Shown here one piece after another: positions 10,141 through 19,435 of a stretch of DNA of 64,000 bases. Made by a program: the position numbers and the translations under genes. Numbering within the stretch: position 1 is the stretch's first letter; the number at the start of each line of letters is the position of its first letter. The stretch is taken from contig BTWA01000013.1 in the NCBI GenBank assembly GCA_045863295.1, positions 64,001-128,000 on the forward strand, written 5' to 3'. The notes beneath the pieces were generated by a model. The model saw only the letters and a list, made by a program, of their open reading frames with translations, made no database searches and was not told the origin of the DNA. This stretch comes from Candidatus Hydrogenedentota bacterium (GTDB taxonomy: Bacteria; Hydrogenedentota; Hydrogenedentia; Hydrogenedentales; SLHB01).

Positions 10141-10899
10141 ATGCGTTTGAAAGACAAGGTGGCCATCATAACTGGAGCTGGCATGGGCATGGGGCGCGAG
10201 GCCTCGATGCTGTTCGCGAGCGAAGGGGCCAAGGTGATCGTATTCGACCTGAATGCGCAAGCCGCCCAGGAAACGGTCGAGGCCATTCGGGCAGCCGGAG
10301 GCGAGGCCACCGCGCACGTGGGCGATGTAAGCAAGGAAGCCGATGTGAAGGCGTCCGTGGAGAAGGCCGTCGCCACCTATGGGAAGGTGCACATTTTATA
10401 TGCAAATGCTGGAGTGCTCTGGAAAGATCGCGACAAGTCCGTGATCGAAACCACGGAAGAAAACTGGGACATCGTTCAGGCGATAAACCTGAAAGGTCCA
10501 TTCTTCCTCACGAAATACGGAATCCCTGCGATTAAGAAAGCCGGTGGCGGTTCCATCATACTTGTGGGTTCCATCAGTGCGCTGGCCGGCTTTACATTGG
10601 CGCAGGATTCCTATACCTGCGCCAAAGGCGCGCTCATCTCGCTGACAAAATCGCTGGCCATCCAATTCGCGCCGGATCAGGTCCGATGCAACATTATTCA
10701 CCCAGGGTTCATAGACACGCCCTTGCAGGCACCGTATTTGAACGACGACAAGCGCAAGGCCATCGCCGGCGAGATTCCGATGCGCAGGCTGGGCAATGCC
10801 CGCGACATTGCCAACGCGGCGTTGTTCCTGGCATCGGACGAATCGAGCTGGATGACCGGCGCGGAAATGGTGGTCGATGGCGGTTTCCTGGCGATGTAG
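10141..10899 (+). CDS. Short-chain dehydrogenase/reductase
   Basis: TGAGMGMG, NAG, YTCAK, PGFIDT; AAGGA RBS. Confidence 0.93.
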   Translation: MRLKDKVAIITGAGMGMGREASMLFASEGAKVIVFDLNAQAAQETVEAIRAAGGEATAHVGDVSKEADVKASVEKAVATYGKVHILYANAGVLWKDRDKSVIETTEENWDIVQAINLKGPFFLTKYGIPAIKKAGGGSIILVGSISALAGFTLAQDSYTCAKGALISLTKSLAIQFAPDQVRCNIIHPGFIDTPLQAPYLNDDKRKAIAGEIPMRRLGNARDIANAALFLASDESSWMTGAEMVVDGGFLAM

Positions 10900-10929
10900 T
10901 GTAACCGGGGATTCGTGCTGCGTTTCCTG

Positions 10930-11193
10930 TTAAGGCATGAGGTATCTGCCGATGACAGGCAAGAGCAACCCGAACGCAAGCCAAATCATGGAGTAGATAA
11001 TGGCGAACTTCGCGGCGACTGGAGATTGTCTCCGCAGTAACCAGCCGGAAATACATCCAAAGGCCACGGAAAGGATCCAGAAGGTGTCATCAGCGGCAAG
11101 CTGAATTCCAATGCCTACTATCGCGAAACACCAGATGGGCATACACCCGAGGAAGAGCGTTGAGAATAGTCTGGGCTTTGCGATCACGGCCAA
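10930..11193 (-). CDS. Small hypothetical membrane protein (about 3 TM)
   Basis: 87-aa strongly hydrophobic ORF filling the intergenic space; TTG start with closely spaced GGAG. Confidence 0.45.
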   Translation of the reverse strand: MAVIAKPRLFSTLFLGCMPIWCFAIVGIGIQLAADDTFWILSVAFGCISGWLLRRQSPVAAKFAIIYSMIWLAFGLLLPVIGRYLMP

Positions 11194-11222
11194 GACTCCA
11201 GTCCGAGACGTATAATTGCAGC

Positions 11223-11258
11223 ATCGCCCTCAATTCAGATTTCTGAGTTGAGGGCGAT
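11223..11258. terminator. Stem-loop, probable terminator
   Basis: ATCGCCCTCAATTCAGA-TT-TCTGAGTTGAGGGCGAT inverted repeat just downstream of the HEAT gene; no clear U-tract. Confidence 0.5.
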
Positions 11259-11276
11259 TCAGATTATTATGAGTCT

Positions 11277-12056
11277 TTACATCTTCAAGTGCGTCTCGAC
11301 CCCACTCAGACCAATACGTGCAGCTTCGGCCACGGAATCGTCGTGCTGCTCGAGCGTGAACATATTGCTCAGATGGCGATAAATCTTCCTGGCCAATTCC
11401 ACATTTCCCGTGCGCACCAAATCTTCACACGCAACAAGTGTGGCATGATCCGTTCTAAACGATGTTTTGCGCCTTAATTTAAACAGGACTTTTGCGGCGG
11501 GAGCGCCAATACGTCCTAACGCCGCAACGGCGGCGTCTGATGTCGCTTTGTCCTGATGTAGCACCAGTTTCGCAAGGGGTTTTACGGCTTCCTCTGTTCG
11601 CCGATCTCCCAGGGTATTCACGATCCCAATGCGAACGGCGCCCACGGTTTCATCCAGTGCGTCCAGCAAAGCGGCATCCACTGCGGATCCTGGAATGCGT
11701 TCCAGAGCAAATCTTGCCGCGTTTGCCGTCGATTCTTCGCCGAGCAGCGGGGCCAGCGCGGGCACATGCTCGGCACTTCCAATCAGCGCCAGTTGCCTGC
11801 AGGCAAATTGCTTTCCATCAAACGTCGCATCGGCGTCGTCGAGCGTGTCCGCGAACAGGTTTGCGAGGCCACGGCTTTCGTCGGGATTGTCCAGCACGGA
11901 TTGGACCCAGGCTTCGGCCTGAATAAGTGGGACGCGGCTGTCGCCGAACTTGTGCGTCTTGATTTGCGTCAACAGATCCTGAGTAGCGTCGGCCATAGCG
12001 GAAACCGCCATTAATGCGCCGGTGGCCACTGCGCACATAACTCTCAGTCGCTTCAT
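11277..12056 (-). CDS. Exported HEAT-repeat protein
   Basis: Signal peptide ending SAMA; repeats ACRQLALIG, ARFALERIP, IVNTLGDR, AVAALGRIG; GGAGA RBS. Confidence 0.8.
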   Translation of the reverse strand: MKRLRVMCAVATGALMAVSAMADATQDLLTQIKTHKFGDSRVPLIQAEAWVQSVLDNPDESRGLANLFADTLDDADATFDGKQFACRQLALIGSAEHVPALAPLLGEESTANAARFALERIPGSAVDAALLDALDETVGAVRIGIVNTLGDRRTEEAVKPLAKLVLHQDKATSDAAVAALGRIGAPAAKVLFKLRRKTSFRTDHATLVACEDLVRTGNVELARKIYRHLSNMFTLEQHDDSVAEAARIGLSGVETHLKM

Positions 12057-12124
12057 CGTCGTATCTCCCAAGTCGGCCGCGCGGGCCATCGCGATGGTTT
12101 TCAGTTGCAGCATTTGCACGTGGC

Positions 12125-13471
12125 CTACAAGTGCCAGGGTCCGCGCATGGCGCGGTCGAGCAACCGGGTTGCCTGTGCGTCGTTTACAAACTGTTCCGTG
12201 CCCGCATCCCAGTTTACTTTACGCCCGAGTTTCATGGCGATGTTGCCCAGGTGAGCAATACTGATGGCGAAGTGCGCGGGCGCAATCGGTGTAACGGTTT
12301 GTTCGCGGCTGCGCATGCAGTCGATAAAATTCTGCGCATGATTGTCGCTCTTGACCAACTTCACTTCATTCTCGCCGATGACTTCATTGAGAATGCCGGC
12401 GGGATCCGCTTGCAGCGTATCTCCACGATCGACGAAGACCCAGCCCTTGTCGCCTTCGAACCGGGTGCCCATGGGAAAACTGTTGGATACGAGCATCGTG
12501 AATCCGTCAGGCGCGACGGGACTCGCACCCGGTGCGTATTTGCATTCCAACATATAGTTGATGGCCGTGTTGTACAATCCATCCCTTGGGAATTCGCCCT
12601 TTCCTTCGACCGTTACCGGTCCGGTCAACTCGGTGCCCATGCCCCAGTTGGCAATGTCGCAGTGGTGCGCGGCCCAATCTGTCAATTGACCGCCGGAGTA
12701 ATCGAGAATCCAGCGGAAGTTCCAGTGGCAGCGCTTTTCTGTATACGGGGCTTCAGGTGCGGGTCCCAGCCAGAAGTCGTAATTGAATCCCTCGGGGATA
12801 GGCATCGCCGGTTGCGGATCGATGGCGTGTCCGGTGGGTAGCCCCACTTTCACGGTGTGGACTTTTCCGATGCGCCCGTTTCGCACCAACTCGCAGCCGC
12901 GATGAAAGTTGGCTTTGGAACGTTGCCAACTGCCGGTTTGCCAGACGATGCCATAGCGGTGCACGGCGTCGACCATGGCGCGTCCTTGTGGAATGGTGAG
13001 GGCGAGCGGCTTCTCCGCGTAGATATCAAGCCCTTTTTTTGCGGCCGCAATGGCGGGAATGGCGTGCCAGTGGTCCGGCACGGCGATCGAAACGCAATCC
13101 AAATCACCGCGATCGAGGAGTTCGCGAAAATCTTCGTGCGTGGCGCATCCATCCGTGCTGTACGCCTGGTTCACAATGTTTTTCGCCTCGTCACGGCGTT
13201 TGCCGTCGACGTCGCACACGGCAATAATTTGCAGGTCCTTGAAGTTCAGGAACCCTTTCATATTGCCGGAACCCTGGCTGCCTACGCCGATGCAGCCCAT
13301 GGTGAACCGTTCGCTGGGGGCTGTAGCGCCATTCAGTCCGAGCGCGGATCCGGGAATGATGTACGGAAATCCCATAGCCGTCGCGGTGGCAGTGGCCGTT
13401 CGTTTCAGAAACGCTCGGCGCTTGAGCCCGCCTCGTCTTGTGGCAGAGCTCGTTCGTTCATTCAGATCCAT
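12125..13471 (-). CDS. Tat-exported Gfo/Idh/MocA oxidoreductase
   Basis: KRRAFLK twin-arginine, IGVGSQG, VPDHWH, YAEKP, DWAAHH. Confidence 0.92.
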   Translation of the reverse strand: MDLNERTSSATRRGGLKRRAFLKRTATATATAMGFPYIIPGSALGLNGATAPSERFTMGCIGVGSQGSGNMKGFLNFKDLQIIAVCDVDGKRRDEAKNIVNQAYSTDGCATHEDFRELLDRGDLDCVSIAVPDHWHAIPAIAAAKKGLDIYAEKPLALTIPQGRAMVDAVHRYGIVWQTGSWQRSKANFHRGCELVRNGRIGKVHTVKVGLPTGHAIDPQPAMPIPEGFNYDFWLGPAPEAPYTEKRCHWNFRWILDYSGGQLTDWAAHHCDIANWGMGTELTGPVTVEGKGEFPRDGLYNTAINYMLECKYAPGASPVAPDGFTMLVSNSFPMGTRFEGDKGWVFVDRGDTLQADPAGILNEVIGENEVKLVKSDNHAQNFIDCMRSREQTVTPIAPAHFAISIAHLGNIAMKLGRKVNWDAGTEQFVNDAQATRLLDRAMRGPWHL

Positions 13472-13805
13472 GGATGCGTCCCTCTCCCGTAAGACGTGAT
13501 GGTGAAAACCCCACACCGTGCGGCGGTGCCGCTTAACCGATCGCCCGGGCATTGTTGACTTCAATGCCGCCAATTTCAAGTTTTGTCCAGGTGCCGGTGC
13601 CCTGTACTCGTTTGGGCTGGCGACGCGTAGGAATCAGCCAAAATTCGGGCGAATGCGTCACCTGTTCTACCGAGGTTCGAAAATGAGTTTTGCCGCACTT
13701 GAGGCATGAGCTTTGACTTCACTCAGCAGGGAGCATGTTCTGCAAAGGTTCGCAAGTTGCTTGGTTATAAATGGTTACGTTGGTGCGTCTGCGAGTGCGT
13801 GTCGT

Positions 13806-13821
13806 TGGCACAACAGTTGCT
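13806..13821 (+). promoter_or_regulatory. Sigma54 (-24/-12) promoter
   Basis: TGGCAC-AACAG-TTGCT, matching TGGCAC-N5-TTGCW, about 90 bp upstream of degQ. Confidence 0.75.
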
Positions 13822-13908
13822 CAACCCGCAGGTATCGCAACGGGCGAATGGAATGCCCGGCTATCCGTGTTTAGTCAGAATAGAAAAACACACTCCAAAG
13901 GAGGAACG

Positions 13909-15405
13909 ATGTATACATTCTTGCAATCCAGAGCGAGACAAGCGCGCTGGCTGGCCGTGACCGGACTGGTGGCGGCATCCGTCTGGGGTTTGTCTGCGGT
14001 GGCTCCTGTCAGTGGACAAGAAAATCCCGACGCGGCGATATCCCAATTGAAAGTCTTGAACGACGGATTTGCTCACGTGGCGGAGCGCACCTCTCCCGCT
14101 GTTGTGTTCATTAGTGTGGAGAAGAACATGAGTGGTGCGCCGGCGAGTCAAGGGTTGCCGCCCGGCGCCGAGGAATTCTTTCGACGGTTCTTCGGGCCTG
14201 ATTTTCAAGTGCCTGAAAACCGTGGATCCGGTCAACCGCAAGGCGATCGGCTGGTTCCGTATGGGCAGGGATCGGGTTTCATCATCTCCGCCGATGGCTA
14301 TATCCTGACCAATCACCACGTCGTGGGCGATGCCGACAAAGTGGAAGTGAAATTGGAAGATGGCCGTGAGTTCACTGCCAAGCTGATCGGCACCGATCCG
14401 CAAACTGAAATTGCGCTTATTAAGATTGACGCTACCGGCTTGCCGTATCTCGCGCTCGGTGATTCCGATCGCTTGCGCGTTGGTGAGTGGGTGGTGGCCG
14501 TTGGCAATCCCTTTGGCCTGGAACATACGGTCACCGCGGGCATTGTAAGCGCGCGTGGCCGCGGCAGCGTGGGTATCGTGGACTACGGCGACTTCATTCA
14601 AACCGATGCGTCCATCAACATGGGCAACTCGGGCGGTCCGCTCGTCAATCTCGATGGCGAAGTGGTGGGTATGAACACGGCCATTTTCAGCCGCACCGGC
14701 GGCAGCGTCGGCATTGGATTCGCCATTCCCGCAAACATGTTGAAATACGTTGAATCGCAGCTACGCGATTCCGGAAGCGTGACGCGCGGATTCCTGGGCG
14801 TTGGCATCCAGGATTTGACGCCGGACCTTGCGCGGTGGTTTAACGTCGCCGAAGGCAAAGGTGTCTTGGTGACGGATGTGCAACCGGATTCACCGGCGGC
14901 TCAGGCCGGCCTGCAGCGTGACGACGTCATTGTCGATTTCGATGGTCGTCCGGTGGGCGAAGTCCGTTCCTTCCGGAGCCGGGTTGCCTCTACATCGCCG
15001 GGCACGGACGTCTCGCTAACCATTGTGCGCGAAGGACAACGGGAGTCCAAGGCGATCAAGGTGGGCACGCTCAACGCCACGGAAATGGCCAGTGTCACCA
15101 CTCCCGATGGCGGACAGGCGTCCATTGAGTTGGGTCTGAATGTGCAGGACTTGTCCGGCGAAATTGCTTCCCAACTGGGCTACGAGGGCGACTCCGGTGT
15201 TGTTGTGACCGCGGTGAAGCCGGGATCGGCCGCGGAGTCGAGCGGAATCAACAAGGGCGACTTGATTCAAGAGGTGAACCGGACACCGGTCAAAAGCGTG
15301 AACGAATTCCGGGAAGCGGTGAAGAATTCGGACAAAGCCCGCGGCGTGCTTCTCCTTGTGAAAAGGGGAGATTCCGCCATGTACATTCCGCTAGAATTGC
15401 AGTAA
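13909..15405 (+). CDS. degQ: HtrA/DegQ periplasmic serine protease with two PDZ domains
   Basis: AAGGAGG RBS; signal peptide; GSGFII, LTNHHVV, IQTDASINMGNSGGPL; two PDZ domains. Confidence 0.93.
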   Translation: MYTFLQSRARQARWLAVTGLVAASVWGLSAVAPVSGQENPDAAISQLKVLNDGFAHVAERTSPAVVFISVEKNMSGAPASQGLPPGAEEFFRRFFGPDFQVPENRGSGQPQGDRLVPYGQGSGFIISADGYILTNHHVVGDADKVEVKLEDGREFTAKLIGTDPQTEIALIKIDATGLPYLALGDSDRLRVGEWVVAVGNPFGLEHTVTAGIVSARGRGSVGIVDYGDFIQTDASINMGNSGGPLVNLDGEVVGMNTAIFSRTGGSVGIGFAIPANMLKYVESQLRDSGSVTRGFLGVGIQDLTPDLARWFNVAEGKGVLVTDVQPDSPAAQAGLQRDDVIVDFDGRPVGEVRSFRSRVASTSPGTDVSLTIVREGQRESKAIKVGTLNATEMASVTTPDGGQASIELGLNVQDLSGEIASQLGYEGDSGVVVTAVKPGSAAESSGINKGDLIQEVNRTPVKSVNEFREAVKNSDKARGVLLLVKRGDSAMYIPLELQ

Positions 15406-15417
15406 CAGATTTCGCAA

Positions 15418-15449
15418 CGGCCCACTCCCGGATTCCCGGGAGTGGGCCG
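15418..15449 (+). terminator. GC-rich stem-loop after degQ
   Basis: CGGCCCACTCCCGG-ATTC-CCGGGAGTGGGCCG, 14-bp perfect stem, weak T tail. Confidence 0.55.
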
Positions 15450-15477
15450 CTTGTTGCGCAAGACGAAAGGTTGGGAC

Positions 15478-16467
15478 ATGACGGTTGACGTGCGGGAGAT
15501 GGGGGAACGTGTTCAGCGGGAAGGCGCTGCACTGGATCGGGTCAGGTCTGAGATTGGGAAGGTCATAGTCGGGCAGCACGATCTGGTCGAGCGGCTTGTC
15601 ATGGCGCTTCTTTGCAATCAGCACGTCTTGATCGAAGGAGTTCCCGGCTTGGCCAAGACCCTAGCCGTCACGACTCTTGCGCGCGTCCTGCAGTGCACTT
15701 TTCACCGCATACAATTCACGCCGGATCTTCTGCCCGCGGACATTGTCGGTACACTCATTTACAATCCCAAGGACAACGGATTTGTCGTACGCAAGGGGCC
15801 GGTGTTCGCAAATATTATCCTGGCCGATGAAATTAACCGTGCTCCGGCCAAGGTGCAAAGCGCGTTGTTGGAGGCCATGCAGGAGCGGCAAGTCACCATT
15901 GGCGACGCCAGTTATGCATTGGAAGAACCCTTCCTGGTGCTCGCGACGCAGAATCCCATCGAGCAAGAAGGCACGTATCCGTTGCCTGAAGCCCAGGTGG
16001 ACCGGTTCATGTTCAAACTGAAAGTCACGTATCCGACAAAGAACGACGAACGTGAGATTATTCGCCGTATGGCCAAAGCCAGGGCGGACGTGACGGTCGC
16101 GCCCATTATTTCGCCCAACGACATTCTCGCATTGCGCGCGTTGGCGGACAGCATCTACATGGACGAGAAGCTTGAGGAGTATATTGTCAATATTGTCGAC
16201 TGCACACGGTATCCCGGCAACTATGGCTTGAAGATTGGCACGTTAATCCGGTACGGAGCCTCTCCGCGCGCCACGTTGTTTCTGGTGATGGCGGCGCGCG
16301 CACACGCGCTGGTGCGAGGACGCGGGTACGTGACGCCGCAAGATGTGAAATCCGTCGCGATGGACGTGCTGCGTCACCGCGTAATCTTGACGTACGAAGC
16401 CGAAGCCGAAGAAAAATCCTCTGAGGACCTGATAAAGCAGATTCTGGATACGGTCGAAGTCCCATGA
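15478..16467 (+). CDS. moxR: MoxR-family AAA+ ATPase
   Basis: EGVPGLAKT, RIQFTPDLLPAD, LADEINRAPAKVQSALLEAMQE, ATQNPIEQEGTYPLPEAQVDRF. Confidence 0.95.
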   Translation: MTVDVREMGERVQREGAALDRVRSEIGKVIVGQHDLVERLVMALLCNQHVLIEGVPGLAKTLAVTTLARVLQCTFHRIQFTPDLLPADIVGTLIYNPKDNGFVVRKGPVFANIILADEINRAPAKVQSALLEAMQERQVTIGDASYALEEPFLVLATQNPIEQEGTYPLPEAQVDRFMFKLKVTYPTKNDEREIIRRMAKARADVTVAPIISPNDILALRALADSIYMDEKLEEYIVNIVDCTRYPGNYGLKIGTLIRYGASPRATLFLVMAARAHALVRGRGYVTPQDVKSVAMDVLRHRVILTYEAEAEEKSSEDLIKQILDTVEVP

Positions 16468-17348
16468 TTCCCGCGGAACTTGCCAAGAAAGTACGCTACA
16501 TTCAGATATACACCAGTAAGGCCGTCAACGATGTGCTTGCGGGTGAGTATCACAGTGTATTTAAAGGGCGGGGGATGGAATTCGATGAAGTCCGCGAGTA
16601 TGTGCCCGGTGACGAGATTCGCACAATTGACTGGAACGTCACCGCCCGCACGGGCCGGCCGCATGTAAAGCGGTATCGCGAAGAACGCGAGCTGACGCTC
16701 ATGTTGCTGGTCGATTTGTCGGCCTCTCAGCATTTTGGGGCCGTGCAGCGTCTCAAAAACGAAGTGGCGACGGAACTGTGCGCACTACTTGCTTTCTCGG
16801 CGATCAAGAACAACGACAAAGTGGGCCTTGTCGTATTCACGGACGAAATCGAACTGTACATTCCGCCGAAGAAGGGCACTTCGCACGTATTGAGAGTAAT
16901 TCGGGATTTGCTCGCCTTTGCGCCCCGGCGAAAAGGTACCAATATCGCCCTTGCGCTGGATTTCCTGGGCCGTGTCGTTTCAAAGCGGTGCGTTACGTTT
17001 CTTATATCGGACTTCATTGGATCGGGATACGACCGATCGTTGCGTGTGGTCGCGCGCCGGCACGATCTGGTTGCCGTTACCGTGACCGATCCGCGCGAGA
17101 GCCACTTGCCCAAGGTGGGAATGGCAACTGTCGAGGATGCCGAAACGGGCGAGACATGGCTTCTGGATACTTCGAGTGCCGCCGTGCGATCCCGGTACGA
17201 GGCGGCGGCACGAGCGCGTGCGGCGCAACTGCGGGATTTGTTTGTCGCGATTGGTATAGACCACATTTCGGCTCATACGAATCGCGACTATGTGCGTGAC
17301 CTCGTCACGTTTTTCCGGCGGCGCGAGCGTCGCATGGAACACGGCTGA
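16464..17348 (+). CDS. DUF58 (VWA-like) protein
   Basis: GRGMEFDEVREY.PGDEIR.IDWNVTAR, EERE, LISDF. Confidence 0.92.
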   Translation: MIPAELAKKVRYIQIYTSKAVNDVLAGEYHSVFKGRGMEFDEVREYVPGDEIRTIDWNVTARTGRPHVKRYREERELTLMLLVDLSASQHFGAVQRLKNEVATELCALLAFSAIKNNDKVGLVVFTDEIELYIPPKKGTSHVLRVIRDLLAFAPRRKGTNIALALDFLGRVVSKRCVTFLISDFIGSGYDRSLRVVARRHDLVAVTVTDPRESHLPKVGMATVEDAETGETWLLDTSSAAVRSRYEAAARARAAQLRDLFVAIGIDHISAHTNRDYVRDLVTFFRRRERRMEHG

Positions 17349-18377
17349 TTGGGACGCCTGATCATGCAATCCCTAGCCATGGCAACCAGCCGCCATTTTT
17401 TCGCATGTGCCGCCATTTGGTGCTTCATGGCGGGCGCCTTGAACGGGTGTGCCAAGCAGAATTCCGCCATTGCTGTTTCCGCGTTTGAAACGCAACAGAC
17501 GGTCGAAGACGGGCCCCATTCTCTGGAAGTCGCGTTGGACCAAAAGTCGCTCACGGTGGCGCAGACCGTGAGTCTCAAGCTGACCGCGCGCACGACGGAA
17601 CTTTATCGCGTGCAGTGGCCCGCGCCCTCGGAGAAGCTGGGCGATTTCTCCGCGTCGAGTCCGTTGACCAACGAGCCAAAGTTGGAGAGCGACGGCCGTA
17701 CCGTGCAGGAGTGGCGCGTCGTGCTTACGCCGTTTCTACCCGGCGAGTACGCGATACCGGCGATTTCCGTAACGTATACTAGAGCCAACGGAGAGCCCGC
17801 ATCTACACTATCCACCGAAGCGTTTACCCTCCCGGTCGCTTCCGTTCTGCCTGCGGGGAACGACAACCCAAGTCTGGTCGAAAGCCTCATTCCGTTTTCG
17901 CTTCCCGCCGCCATGTCGTTGCGGCCCTGGTTTACGGGTGCGGCCGTCCTTGCATTGATCGCAGTAAGCTTGATGTGGATGAGGCGAACACGGTTAAAGC
18001 CGACGCCGCAAATTCCAGCGCATGTAAGGGCTCTTCGAGAACTTGAGTTGCTGTTGCGGGAAGGTCTCACCGATCGCGGCGAGTTCAAGTATTTCTACAT
18101 TCGAATCGCCGAAATAGTCCGCCGGTTTGTAGAAGATCGCTACCATTTACACGCGCATGATCGCACGACCGAGGAATTCTTGGAATCGCTTCGGACAACC
18201 CAGTCCCTGAGCGGCCAGCAAAAACTATTGCTGAAGGAGTTTCTATCCCATTGCGATTTGGTTAAGTTTGCGAAGATGAGACCTACAATTGAGGAGATAG
18301 AGCAAACCACGGACTCGTGCCGGAGGTTCATCCAGGATTCCGCCGCCAGGGACGCGGCAGAAGCAGGTGCGCCATGA
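17349..18377 (+). CDS. Bat-cluster membrane protein (BatD-like N domain, TM, C-terminal helical domain)
   Basis: Possible lipobox LNGC, TM near residue 200, TTEEFL and CDLVKFAK; lies between DUF58 and batA; start uncertain. Confidence 0.7.
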   Translation: MGRLIMQSLAMATSRHFFACAAIWCFMAGALNGCAKQNSAIAVSAFETQQTVEDGPHSLEVALDQKSLTVAQTVSLKLTARTTELYRVQWPAPSEKLGDFSASSPLTNEPKLESDGRTVQEWRVVLTPFLPGEYAIPAISVTYTRANGEPASTLSTEAFTLPVASVLPAGNDNPSLVESLIPFSLPAAMSLRPWFTGAAVLALIAVSLMWMRRTRLKPTPQIPAHVRALRELELLLREGLTDRGEFKYFYIRIAEIVRRFVEDRYHLHAHDRTTEEFLESLRTTQSLSGQQKLLLKEFLSHCDLVKFAKMRPTIEEIEQTTDSCRRFIQDSAARDAAEAGAP

Positions 18378-19435
18378 TGCGTTTTGCCGCTCCCTGGATG
18401 CTCTTTGCGCTTCTGATTGTGCCGGTTTATATCTATTGGCAACTTTGGCGAAACCCTTCGTCCGGCATTCGGATTTCCTCGGCGGCCATTGCGCGCGCGG
18501 CTGGGTCGTCATGGCGGCGCAGGTTGCACCGGCTTCCGTTGATTTTGCGTTCCCTTTGCCTTGCACTGATTATCCTGGCCCTGGCGCGTCCGCAACATGG
18601 CCAGGAGCGCATGCGGGAAATCACGGAAGGGGTGGCCATCGAGATGGTGGTGGATCGATCCGGCAGCATGCGCGCGGAGATGGACTTCAAGGGACAGCGA
18701 TATACCCGTCTGGATGTCGTCAAGCATGTATTCTACGAATTTGTGCATGGCGATCAGGCGGGATTGCAGGGCCGTCCGAATGATCTGGTCGGGTTGGTTG
18801 CCTTTGCGCGCCATGCCGAGACCATGTGTCCGCTCACGTTGAGTCACGAGGCGCTGTCCGAGTTTCTAAAGGCGACACAATTGGCGCTGCGCCGTGAAGA
18901 AGACGGGACGGCGATAGGCGACGGCATTGCACTCGCCGCGGCGCGCCTGAAAACCGCCGAGGAAACGGTTGCGAAACAGGATAAGAAAGGCGATGCGTCC
19001 AACTACGTAATCAAGAGCAAAATCATCATTCTGTTGACAGACGGTATTCACAACGCGGGAAAGCGATCTCCGATGGAGTCGGCCGAGCTTGCCTCGCAGT
19101 GGGGAATCAAGATCTACACCATTGGCGTGGGGGGCGACGGCGTGACCGGCATTCAAACGCCCTTTGGCATGTTTCAGGCTCCTACAGGCCGCGAGTTGGA
19201 TGAGGCCATGTTACAGGAAATCGCGAACAAGACGGGTGGTATCTACCGTCGCGCGGACGATGCGGAGTCGCTTGTGGAAATATATAAAGAGATTGACCGC
19301 CTCGAACGCACCGAAATACAGGCCGATCGCTTCTTCGATTACCGGGAGTTGTTTGCAGGTTTCGTAAAGGCCGCGCTCGTCTTTCTGGGCCTCGAATTGT
19401 TGCTTTCTACCACCGTACTGCGGAAAATCCCATGA
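18374..19435 (+). CDS. batA: BatA VWA-domain membrane protein
   Basis: FAAPW N-terminus, LALARPQ, MIDAS DRSGSM, GTAIGDGI, ILLTDG. Confidence 0.9.
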   Translation: MMRFAAPWMLFALLIVPVYIYWQLWRNPSSGIRISSAAIARAAGSSWRRRLHRLPLILRSLCLALIILALARPQHGQERMREITEGVAIEMVVDRSGSMRAEMDFKGQRYTRLDVVKHVFYEFVHGDQAGLQGRPNDLVGLVAFARHAETMCPLTLSHEALSEFLKATQLALRREEDGTAIGDGIALAAARLKTAEETVAKQDKKGDASNYVIKSKIIILLTDGIHNAGKRSPMESAELASQWGIKIYTIGVGGDGVTGIQTPFGMFQAPTGRELDEAMLQEIANKTGGIYRRADDAESLVEIYKEIDRLERTEIQADRFFDYRELFAGFVKAALVFLGLELLLSTTVLRKIP

